Source: Octopus sinensis
Lineage: Eukaryota
Length of the DNA stretch: 64,000 nucleotides
Direction: 5' to 3'
NCBI RefSeq assembly: GCF_006345805.1
Contig: NC_042999.1
Span: 72,726,001 to 72,790,000 of the forward strand
Shown piece after piece: positions 12,742 through 25,744 of this stretch. Each line of letters begins with the position of its first letter. Position 1 is the stretch's first letter. Made by a program: the position numbers and the translations under genes. Below the pieces are notes generated by a model. The model was not told where the DNA came from, did not search any database, and was given only the letters and a program-made list of their open reading frames with translations.

Positions 12742-15700
12742 TGGACTGAGAAAATCCTAATGGCCACTGAGCGGTTCTTATAAATTTGATGCTCAGTTTT
12801 GCTTTTCATGGTATTTGGTGGATTAGAGATGATTTACACTTGGTTCAGACGCCAGTCTTGTGGATATCATCAGACTCTTTGCTATGTATTCCCAACAACT
12901 TATGAGCAGTGAGACGTGTCAAGTCAAAATGCACTACTGAAATACAATACATACATTAACAAATTTGAATCAAATTTCATCTGATCTAACTCGGCTGTTT
13001 TTCATTTTATGTCTGCAACAGTGGTTTTCAGATATTTTCGCAAATAAAAAATATATTGGTGTATTTTGAGAACACAGTTGAAAAATATAAAAATATTTTT
13101 ATTTAAAGAAAGAAGTAATTCATAAATTTTAGCCTTTAAATATAAATAATGCTTTCTACTATAGGAACAAGGACTGAAATTTTGTAAGGGTAAGGTTAAT
13201 CGATAACATTGACCCCAGTCCTCAGCTAGTACTTATTTTACCGACTCCAATGAATAAAAGGCGAAGTCGACATCGGTGAAATTTGAACTCAAAATGCAAA
13301 TACCGGAAAAGTTGCTGCTAAACATTCTTTTACTCAGTGCGGTAACTATTCTGCCAACTCGATACCCTCCTGTAAATAATAATATAAATTATAGGAGAGT
13401 ATATAATATTCCTTTATTCTTTTCTACTCTAGGCACAAGGCCCGAAATTTTGGGGCAGGGGCAGTCGATTAAATCGACCCCAGTACGCAACTGGTACTTA
13501 ATTTATCGACCCCGAAAGGACGAAAGGCAAAGTCAACCTCGGCGGAATTTGAACTCATAACGTAAAGACAGACGAAATACTGCTAAGCGTTTCGCCTAGC
13601 GTACTAACATTTCTGCTCGGCGCCGCCTTATAATACTTCTTTATTCAACGAATAAAACGTAAAATTTCACATTTTTTAAAAATATAGCAACTCCGTCATG
13701 CAGTACACTGGTGTGCCGCAACTCGCTGTACGAGAACGACTACCCCAAAGTTGTCCCATTACGATCTCTTTTCCTTTTCTCCTTTTCCTCTTTATATAAT
13801 CTTAAAACCTTGCGTTTATGAAGGAAGGCAAAATAAGATGTTATTATACGCATGGTCCTTCAGTGAATACGTAAAATTTACATCGTACAAGGCGGCGAGC
13901 TAGTAGAAACGTTAGCACGCCGGGCGAGATGCTTAGTAGTATTTCGTCTGTCTTTTCGTTCTGAGTTCAAATTCCACCGAGGTCGGCTTTGCCTTTCATC
14001 CTTTCGGGGGTCGATAAATTAATTACCAGTTGCATACTGGGGTTGATCTATTCGACTGCCCCCACCTCCCCAAAAATTTTGGGCCTTGTGCCTAGAGTAG
14101 AAAAGAAGAATTATATTGAACAAATACATAACAAGGAGCTTGATTTTCCTGAAAGAGCAGCTAAATCTCCTTCCGATCCTACTGTCGTTTTAAAAAGGAA
14201 TAGACATATTGGATATTGTAATCTCATATGCAATATGTTTTAAAAACTTGTGATAGTCATAGGGTGAATATTTTTTCACCAAGAGTCTGTTCAAACAGGG
14301 AAAACTTTGGCGTAATAAACAAGAAATTGCTTTAATATGAAAAATTGAAGACGAACGTTTATGCACAACGTGATGTGCTAATGATATCATAATTACATAA
14401 CATCATAATTATATAATATCATGGCTATATAGGACTTGGCAGTGGGTGATAGAAAGGATTAAAGCGGCGAGCTAGCAGAAACGTTAGCACGCCGGACGAA
14501 ATGCGTAGTCGTATTTCGTCTGTCGTTACGTTGTGAGTTCAAATTCCGCCGAGGTCGACTTTACCTTTCATCCTTTCGGGGTCGATAAATTAAGTACCAG
14601 TTACGCACTGGGGTCGATGTAATCGACTTAATATCTATGTCTGTCCTTGTTTGTCCCCTCTATGTTTAGCCCCTCGTGGGTAATAAAGAAATAGGTATTT
14701 CGTCTGCCGTTATGTTTTGAGTTCAAATTCCGCCGAGGTTGACTTTGCCTTTCATCCTTTCGGGGTCCATTAAATAAGTACCAGTTACGCACTGGGGTCG
14801 ATATAATCGACTTAATCCGTTTGTCTGTTCTTGTTTGTCCTCTCTGTGTTTAGCCCCTTAGGGGTTGTAAAGAAATAGGTATTTCGCCTGCCGTTACGTT
14901 CTGAGTTCAAATTCTGCCGAGGTCGAGATTGCCTTTCATCCTTTCGGGATCGATAAATTAAGTACCAGTTACGCACTGGGGTCGATCTAATCGATTTAAT
15001 CCCTTTGTCTATCCTTGTTTGTCCCCTCTATGTTTAGCCCTTTGTAGGCAATAAAGAAATAGGAAAGGATAGAGCGTTGAATAAAATACTTTGACGTTTC
15101 GTTGTTATTCTATATTTTGAGTTTAAATCCTGCCTAGAAGATTTTGCCTTTCATCTTTCTGGTTTCGATTAACAATGTACCAATCCACTAACACTAGAAC
15201 CTAGGGGATATGGCTGTAACTTTGACCGTAATACCCTTACATGGCCATTGTCCGTTGAAACTAGTAGAATAAAAATAATCATTCTTACGTTTGTAAATAT
15301 CATTCTCAATCCTGCTTTAATAATATATCTCTCTTTTCTCTCTCTGTTCCTCTCCCTCTTCATTTTTCTCTTGACATAGAGAGAGGAGGAGAAGGGTGAA
15401 ATCAACTTCATTATACTTTAACAAACAAATTGAACTTTAAAGGAAAAATTATTTAAAAATTTAAAAATTTTAAGTCATAAATCGATATTATTTATAAATT
15501 GCTATGATTGAAAACTGGCGAAAATTATAATTCTTTACTTTTTTTATATTTCTTTACTTTTTATAGTTTAAAACATTTATTTCGTCACTTCTTTGTTTTG
15601 CAGTGATGGTTTCTTCATCATACTCAGTGGAATGTACGGCCTACTACTGGTGGTGCTTGGTGCTGTGATACCAATTTCTGAAACTTTTGCAAATCTTGCG

Positions 15701-17610
15701 ACCTTGTATTTCTTCGATGTATGTATATTTTTATATCTAACATATATTTCAATCATCTTAGGTCTATGGCTGGTTGTATTTTCTTTCTGTGATATATTAG
15801 AATATTAAAATACCGTTTTGTTCATCAACTATAATTTCCTTTAAGATATGTTGTATTGTGCAAATGCTATTAAATCAATGTAAGGCGGTGAGCCGGCAGA
15901 AACGTTAGCCGGGCAAAAATACTTAGCGGTATTTCGTCTGCCGAGGTTGACTTTGCCTTTCATCCTTTCGGGGTCGATAAATTAAATAATAGTTGCGTAC
16001 TGGGGTCGATCTAATTGACTGGCCCGCTCCACAAAAATTTGGGGCTTTGTGCCTAGATTAGAAAAGGTTATAAAACCAATGTACAAATATATCCAATATA
16101 GATAAAGAACAATATTTGACCCAAGGTGGCAAACGGCAGATTCGTTACCGCGCCGGGCGAAATGCTTAACGGTACTTCGTCTGCCGCTACGTTCTGAGTT
16201 CACATTCCGCCGGGGTCGACTTTGCCGTTCATCCTTTCGGGGTCGATTAAATAAGTACCAGTTACGCACTGGGGTCGATATAATCGACTTAATCTGTTTT
16301 TCTGTCCTTGTTTGTTCTCTCTGTGCTTAGCCCCTTGTGGGTAGTAAAGAAATAGGTATTTCTTTTGTCTTTACGTTCAGAGTTCAAATACCGCCGATGT
16401 CGACTTTGCTTTCATCCTTTCGAAGTCGATAAAATATGTACCAGCTGAGCACTGGGGTGTAATCGACTTAGCCGCTTCCCCGAAATTGCTTAATTTCCAC
16501 CCCAACCCGCCCACTTTCAGAAAAGAAGAAAGTCATTGGATCTATCTCCTCTATCTTGTACATTTATTTTTAAAAACAAAGTTGAAACCGATATTTATTT
16601 GTCGCAGAGAGTAGTCAATTGGCCAGATCAGTAAAATAGTTGGCAAATTAATTACGATATATAGACAGAGCTCTTTATTTTCCTAATTCAAACCGAGTCA
16701 ACTTTACCTTTCATTCTCCCAGGGTTGCTAAAACACCCTAGTTAAGTACTGGAGATCAACATATTGGACTACACGCTTTTCCCTACATATGAGGCCGTTT
16801 TAGGGAGAGGCGGAGAGTTTCGACAAAATTAGAAATGAATATATTATTTATTTCGTGCACAATTACGATAAATAGAGCCTGTTGTTTGACTTTCTACTGC
16901 CAAAAATATCCATCAATGTGATATAGGATCTAGGGATTAAGAAAGTTGGGAAATAGGTGCAGACGTGGCTGTGTGGTAAGAAGCTTACTTTCCAACCACA
17001 TGGTACCGGGTTCAGTCCCACAGCATGGCACCTTGAACAAGTGTTTTCTACTATAGAGTCGGAACGACCATAGCCTCGTGAGTGGATTTGGTAGACGGTA
17101 ACTGATAGAAGGCCGTCGTACATATATATATATATGTATGTATATATGTGTGTGTGTGTGTCTTTGAGTCTGTGTTTGTCCACCACCATCGCTTGATAAC
17201 TGGTGCTTGTGTGCTTACGTCCCTGTAACTTAACGGTTCGGTAAAAGGGACGGATAGAATAAGTACCAGGCTTAAAAATAACTACTGGAGTCGATTCATT
17301 CGACTAAAAATTCTTCAAGGCCAGGCCCCACCATGGCCGCAGTCTAATGACTGTAACAAGTAAAAGAAAAGAAATATATAGGAATTACGACGTTTATACA
17401 TCTTATCGTATTCTATTGATTCGCAGTTGATGTTTCACTTCACTTGAAATTGCTCGAGTTCCACCCCAACCCACCCACTTTCGGAAAAGAAGAAAGTCAT
17501 TGGGTCTATCTCCTCTGTCTTGTACATTTATTTTTCAAAACAAACAATATTCTTGTGGGCATTGCACTATGGGCATCTGTTGCTGTTATTGATGTGTGTA
17601 TGTGTGAATA

Positions 17611-17643
<33 letters not shown>

Positions 17644-18081
17644 AAGAGAGTGTGTGTGCCTGTGAGCATATGCGTGTGTGAGAGAGAGAGTGTGTGCCTG
17701 TGTGAATGTGTGTGTGTGATTATGTGTGTGAGCGTGTATGATGATAAATGAAAATTGATAGAGACACTGTTCAAATTATGTTAAGCATGTTTCCATAGAA
17801 TCGTTATTTATTTGGTCATTAATGTATTATTCTTTATTATTTTATTATTTTATTCTTTTTTGTGCCAGTCATTTGAATGCGGCCATGCTGGAGCACCACC
17901 TTTAGTCGAACAAATCGACTTATTCTGTCGGTCTCTTTTGCCGAACCGCTAGTAGACACGCCACCATCGGATGTCAAGCGGACGGTTGATGTCTGTAGTT
18001 ATTATCAGTGTATTTTGGCGATTTAAATAAAAGTTTTGACTGCTATTTTCAGCAGGTAGACATACTTAATATGTCCTTTGA

Positions 18082-18129
<48 letters not shown>

Positions 18130-18244
18130 GACGGGCTTCTTTCAGTTTCCGTCTACCAAATCCACTCACAAGGCTTTGGTCGGCCCGAGGCTATAGTAGA
18201 AAACACTTGCCCAGGTATCCTGGTATGACAGGTATCCTGATGTG

Positions 18245-18294
<50 letters not shown>

Positions 18295-18894
18295 TACCTA
18301 TATGTATATAAGTAATTTTTGGGACTTTGGGTATATATCTATTAGTATGCCGATAAAAGCATATTCACCGTTTGGGCTACCTGATGTCATCCACAGTTAC
18401 AGTATAATTTTCATTGGATCTACGTCAGTTATCCCGCAGTGTTCGTTTAGTTTAGAACTGATGAGGGAAACAGAAAATGGGTTTGGTACGAAACAAGATT
18501 CGCAGCAAATACATGGTCAAATGTCTTCTACTATAGCCCTCGGGCCGACCAAAGCCTTGAGTGGATTTGGTAGACGGAAACTGAAAGAAGCCCATCGTGT
18601 ATATATATATATATTATATATATATATAATCAAAGGAATGCTAAGTATGTCTACCTGCTGAAAATAACAGTCAAAACTCTTATTTAAATTGCCAAAATAC
18701 ACTGATAATAACTACAGAAATCAACCGTCTGAAGGCAAACGGGCTTAGAATTATCTCTCAGCATACATTCAAGTATTTCAAGTATTTTTAAATTGTTACA
18801 CTAGATAATAATAGAGTCAATGATATCTTCGCAAATTATTTTTCCTCTCGAATTTTCTCGTGAAAAATGTGCTCCGTATGTGTGTGTATGTGTG

Positions 18895-18948
<54 letters not shown>

Positions 18949-19201
18949 GTGTGTGTGTGTGTTTGTGTGTTTGTCCGACATCGCTTGACAACCGATGTTT
19001 GTATGTCTACGTCCCCTTAACTTAACGGTTCGGCAAAAGAGCACGATAGAATAAGTACTAGGCTTACAAAGAATAAGTCCGAGGGTCGATTCGTTCGACT
19101 AAAGGCGGTGCTCCAGCATGGCCGCAATCAACTGACTGAAACAGGTAAAGTAATAAAAGAAAGAATATATATATATTTACATACATATACGTATATATGT
19201 T

Positions 19202-19245
<44 letters not shown>

Positions 19246-20926
19246 ATTACATACATATATACATATATATATACATAAATATATATATATATCATATGTA
19301 ATCCACTTTGGAAAAGAGGATGCCCTGAAACTCCCATACTCCCTTCCTTCAGGTGAAACTCTCGCGGCGTCCAACAACATCAGAGACTTGGGAGTAATTG
19401 TGGACAACAACATAAGCTGGGCCACTCATATAAACACCAAAGTTGACATGGCCCGCAGAATGTGTTCCTGGATTCTCAGAACTTTCCAGTCGAGAGATAT
19501 CCACACCATTATCCTTCTCTTCTCCACTTTTGCCCGACCCCACCTTGAATACTGTTGTCCACTGTGGTCTCCCCACACAATACAAGGTATCATAAAAGTT
19601 GAAGCACCTCAAAGGGCAATCACAAAAAAGATAGATGGCATGACAGGCCTCGACTATCGGGGTCGACTAGAAAATCTAAAACTCTATTCTCTCCAACGTC
19701 GTCGTGAGCGCTACATCATCTGCATGATGTGGAAAATATTCCATCAGCATTGCCCAAATGATGTTGGCATCACCTTTAAGGTACATCCAAGGCTTGGGCC
19801 CCGTGCCATCCGCCCAAAACAAAAATCGCACTCTCATCTCATAACAACAATACGGCACAATTATTTCACCTCAATTGGCCCCGCTCTCTTTAACATTACA
19901 CCAAAACACATTAAAACAGAAACTGACCCTATAGGGTTCAAGAAGTCTTTGGACAGATTCCTTCAAGAAATCCCGGATAAACCCCCTACACCCGGATATG
20001 TCTCTGTAAACAATAACTCTCTACTTGAGTGGGCCATAGTGCCCAAATTCTGACTTGAAAGACTTCACCAGGTGGTGCTATTAAGTTAGACATGGCCTGG
20101 GCCAATAATGGCCGAAACCTATCAAAGTATCAAAGTATCAAAGTACATGTGTGCGTGTGTGTGTAAACTGTTTCTTTCATTTTAATTTTCATTCAAATTT
20201 TTTCTCGATAATTTAAAATTTTAAATCTCACCTATAGCTATGCCACGATCACCATGTTAGCTCCTGCTTTTATTTAATCCTAATCTGTTTCGTTTTGTTC
20301 TCTTCCCAGGCCTTCTACATATATCTGTATATCGGAAGTTGCCTTTTCATACTTTATGTTTACACGTTCCTTCTACGACGCAACACAAAAACTATGGGCC
20401 ATCGGTTCTCATTCTATCGCCAATGGTCACGCTCTCTAAATCGTTCTTGGTCGTTTGGAAAACGACCGGAGAAAAACGGAGAGAGAAATGACGGAAGACA
20501 CCGTCGCAATTTCACAACAGACGTAGCCCCGCATAATCCCAACGGAAGTTTTTACCTTCGACTCGGTGCTATTGGTGAGTTATTGCTTAAATTTTGAAAG
20601 TTTCCTGTCAGAAATATTGCTTGCTTACACAAGTCTTTAGACTAGTGGTTCTCAACCGGGGTCCATTTGGCCCATGGGGATCCATAGAAGATTTTCTTGT
20701 TAAAATTTATGTGCAATAAATTGTTTATAATTCGACAATAAACAAAATAGGCGCAGGAGTGGCTATGTGGTAAGTAGCTTGCTTACCAACCACATGTTTC
20801 CGGGTTCAGTCCCACTGCGTGGCACCTTGGGCAAGTGTCTTGTACTATAGTCTCGGGCCGACCAAAGCCTTGTGAGTGGATTTGGTAGACGGAAACTGAA
20901 AAGAGCCCGTCGTATGTATATATGTA

Positions 20927-20970
<44 letters not shown>

Positions 20971-23900
20971 AAATGAGAAAATGGAGAAACATACCTAAAT
21001 CAATCATCAACCATTAGATGATATCCACTCAATACTTTATTAAACCATTACACAACAGCAATGACATTATACATAATATATTACAAATATAACTAGACAT
21101 AGAAATAGAAGTATTTTCTATTTCTATTTCTATGTCTAGTTATATTTGTAATATATTATGTATAATGTCATTGCTGTTGTGTAATGGTTTAATAAAGTAT
21201 TGAGTGGGTATTATCTAATGGTTGATGATTGATTTAGGTATGTTTCTCCATTTTCTCATTTTGTATTATTAATTTACGGTAATAATTTTACCCTTGCCCA
21301 CATAATACAGTAGATTAATTAATTGCATCGCAATTTTTAACATTTATGTATTAGTTTTGTTGGGTACCTCTCTAGCAGTATATTGGATATATGTTATCCC
21401 ATGGAGGGTTGAATTTACAACCCCTATCTCATTTTATAACTATATATATATATATATATATCTAATGTAGGATAAAACTTTTTTCGAAAAAAAATTCGTT
21501 TCCCAAAAAAATTTTATCAATTTTTATCGACCTTTTTTCGAGTAGCGTGCGGATTGTGAAAAAATTAATGATTAATGGACAATATGTCCAATTTTTCGGC
21601 ATATTTGGCATTAGAAATTTTTTCGTTTGCCCTTATTTATGAATTGTTTATATATATATATATATATGTATGTATGTGTATGTATATGTTTGTGTTTGTT
21701 TCCCCCCCACCAACATCGCTTGACAACAGATGCTGGTGTGTTTATGTCCCTGTGACTTAGCGGTTCGGCAAAAGAGACTGATAGAATAAGTACTAGGCTT
21801 ACAAAGAATAAGTCCTGGGGTCGATTTGCTCGACTAAAGGCGGTGCTCCAGCATGGCTGCTGTCAAATGACTGAAACAAGTTAAAAAGTTAAAGATTAAA
21901 ATATTTTAGCAATTTTTATACAGTTCTTAATAATATATAATTATAAAAATATAATGAGATATTTTAAACATTGAGTGGCTAGGGATGAGTCTCTGTAGAG
22001 TAATATAGGAATCAAAAGGGTCGAGAGGCAAAAAATGGTTGCGTACCACTGGTTTAGACGGAAGAAGCAATCGATTATATTGATTCAAGAACTCGAATAA
22101 ATATCATATCTTACACTCCATCAGTTACGACGACGAAGGTCCCAGTTGATCCGGAACAGCCTGCACGTGAAATTAACGTGCAAGTGGCTGAGCACTCCAC
22201 AGAGACCGGTACCCTTAACGTAGTTCTCTGGAAGATTCGGCGTGACACAGAATGTAACAAGGCTGGCCTTTTGAAAAACAGGTACTACTCATTTTTGCCA
22301 GCTGAGTGGACTGGAGCAAAGTGAAATAAAGTGTCTTGCTCAAGGACACAGCGCGCTGCCAAGAATCGAACTCACGGTCGTGAGCCGAATACTCTAACTA
22401 GTAAGCCACGCGCCTTCACAGTACTCGAATAATAATTTATTTTATTGACCTTAGATGGAGGGAAGTGGATTTCAACGGAATTTGAATTCAGAATGTGATA
22501 TGGCTTAACTCTTTTTCATTTCCGGTAGGAATTTAGTACTTAGCATTTCCTTCACACAACCAATGCTGAAAGTGAGTGAGTGGGAGGGAAAGAGAGAGGG
22601 GTAGGAGAGAGAGTGCGGACAAAGAGAGGAATTGATCCCAGTACTTAGGTGTTGTTTTGTTTATCGATTCTAGAAGTATTAATGACAAAGTTGACCTCGG
22701 AGCGATTTGAACTCAGAATGCCAAGAGCTAGAACAATTACTGCGAAGCATTTGTTCGACGCTCAAAGGTTCCTGGCAATCGACCCCCATCACGAACTTTT
22801 GAGATCAATTTAAATGAATTGTCACCAGCCCCTCCGTACGAGTGTTAGGAAGTATTGTTATTATTACTTTCTACTCTAGGCACAAGACCCGAAATTGTGG
22901 GGGAGAGGGACAGTCGATTAGATCGACCCCAGTACGCAACTGGTACTTAATTTATCGACTTCGAAAGGGTGAAAGGCAAAGTCGACCTCGGCGGAATTTG
23001 AAAATAGAACGTAAAGACAGACAAAATACCTATTTCTTTACTACCCACAAGGGGCTAAACACTGAGACGACAAACAAGGACAGACAAAGGGATTAAGTCG
23101 ATTATATCGACCCCAGTGCATAACTGGTACTTATTTAATCGATCCCGAAAGGATGAAAGGCAAAGTCGACCTCGGCGGAATTTGAACTCAGAACATAAGT
23201 TCTATGTGCCACCAATATTTTTAGGCAAAAGCGAGAGTGGAAAAATACGTCATGCGTCGTGGATTTTAGTGTCTTTGTGCAACGAGAAAGTGAGAGGTAA
23301 TCTTTGCTTGCAGATCTAGTTTCATTCGTCCAGGTGTTTGTCAGTAAAGCAACAAATAAAGTTAGTTCAAATGAAGAAAGTGTAAACCATTCACTTGACT
23401 TTAGTAACCTCATGTTTAGAAACCTGTTGCTAGTATTTTGACATTGGTAACACGATACCAGTAACACCGACAACATAATACCAAAAACCTGGTGCTAGCT
23501 TTAAGATGTGAACAACTGAAATACTGCTGCTGCTGCTGGTGTTGTTGTCTTTGTTGTTGTTATCGTCCTTATATTTGTTTACCTCCAGATCAACCCAGAC
23601 AGGGCATACTTATGATTAAGGACATTCAAGTCATTGCCAACTTGTCTTGTTTATATATATCAGAGTCTATATTGTACAATATACCCTTTCCTTTTTAAAG
23701 AGTGCATTTTAAAGGAGATTTACATGCTATTTCTAACAGCAGAAGCTCTCTCGTTATCTCGTATTACAACTAAATGCTGTAGTTATTGTTGCTTAGTCCT
23801 ATTTCTGATCAAGCAGACCTGGGAATAAAAACATCCTAACCATGGCCATTAAGTCTTTTCAGACAATTTATCTCAGATTACATTATCCAATATGTCCATT

Positions 23901-24786
23901 TTTAAGCCGAGGACGTGTTTTCCAAGGAAATTTAGCTGCTATTTCTAACAGATTGAACTGAGCTCTTAAGGTCTGTACGTTGATCTGCTGATGAAAATGA
24001 AAGTCAATAACATTACTGTAATATTTTTTCAAGATATAGTGTAGCTAGAACTCGGAGGTGCTGAAAAGTTCCTGACTTTGGGTAACAGAAAATACAAGAT
24101 CAGTTAATTATAATTTTATTCAACATATTCCCCTCTCAGCAGTTCTTCAGTTTTTCTAAGCCCTGTAAAAGAGCTCGAAAGGTTAGGCCTCCAACCAGGC
24201 CTTTCGCAACACCCTTAAAGCCAGGAACTTTTCAGCAACCCCTCATATATTATCCAATGTGTTGGTAAGGTGAGATAGAGGTGGGGAGCTTTAACCGCTA
24301 GTTCCAGCTGTTCGATACACAGCGTAAAGGCTTCCTCGTTGGCTTTTCTTTTATGAATCAGCATTACATCAACAGTTAATATGCGACACGCCATCAACAA
24401 CACTTGAGAATTAATTTGCTTGCTCAGCTTATTGTTCATGCTAAGTTAGCTGTTAGTAACCTTCTGTAATGTAAATTTTAATGACGTAGTGTTTCTTTCG
24501 AATATCTGATTTTATTGCTCGAAAAGCGATATAGTTTGTTTTTTTTTTCTTTTTCGGGAAATAATATAATTCGCACTCACACATAGGAGCAAACACGTGC
24601 GCGTACAGTTGCCAATTATGTCTACTTTTCGTAGCGAGGCTAAAACTAAGCTTATTAAACGAAATATTATGACTTTAAAATAATCATCTATGTATCCTGC
24701 TTAACGTAAATAAATCGTTGAAAGACAATTTACAGCGGTATTCGTCCAGAGATGGCGTCTCCTGTGGCCATGCAATACTTAAAAAC

Positions 24787-24843
<57 letters not shown>

Positions 24844-25683
24844 CACCAAGTAAGTTAGGTTGTTGTAGATCCAACCCACTAAGGGATAATACTTATCCAA
24901 TATACTGTTGGTATAATACCCAAATTATTAATACACAAGTGTTTTTAATTGCAATGCAATTGACTTACTTATTGTATTAAATGGGTGAAGGTAAAGAAAT
25001 ATTTTACCATTAATTTATAATACAAATAAGAAAATGGAGAAACAATTTAGTTCTCGTTTTGTTAAATAAATAAATAAATAAGTCAACATTCTAATATCCG
25101 AAAGCTGATGAACCAACTAAATTGTTTCTCCATTTTGTTATTTGTATTATATATATACCGAAAACGCCAGATGCATTCCGACCTCGTTGAACTTTGTCAG
25201 TGGCATGTACACATGCTTAGTCCAAAATATATTCTGCTTTTAAACATACCACATCCATAAGACAAGTTATAGCTGAACGAATGCCGTAGTAAATTGCCTT
25301 TCAACGCTGTATTTACATTAAATATGATACATAGATGACTATTTTAATTTAAAACTGCTTCTATTGCATGTGGTGGATTGTAACTTTGGTTACAAATTAC
25401 ATTTCAAGTACTCTCCGTGGGTGCTCCAGCTAATACGCACAGCCAGCATTGTATCGTTATAAAATCATCAAAATATAAGATTATGGCCCTTAATATTATC
25501 AAAATGTAGTGACTAAAACCATTAAATGCAAGAATAAAAGAACTACACTTTCTTAGCAAGCAGAATTAATTAATCGAATCCTAATGGTGACCTTAACAAA
25601 AGCCGAAACTAAGTGATTAGTAGGTCATAATCTCAAGTCATTCGACTAAGAAAAAAGCTAAGTTATGGGGACATAAACACACC

Positions 25684-25744
<61 letters not shown>

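Noticed and set aside
24878-24925. Possible hammerhead relic (CTAA-GGGATAATAC...TATAATACCC-AAA)
   Set aside because: Only a stem-II-like pairing survives, and CUGANGA and GAAA are absent.
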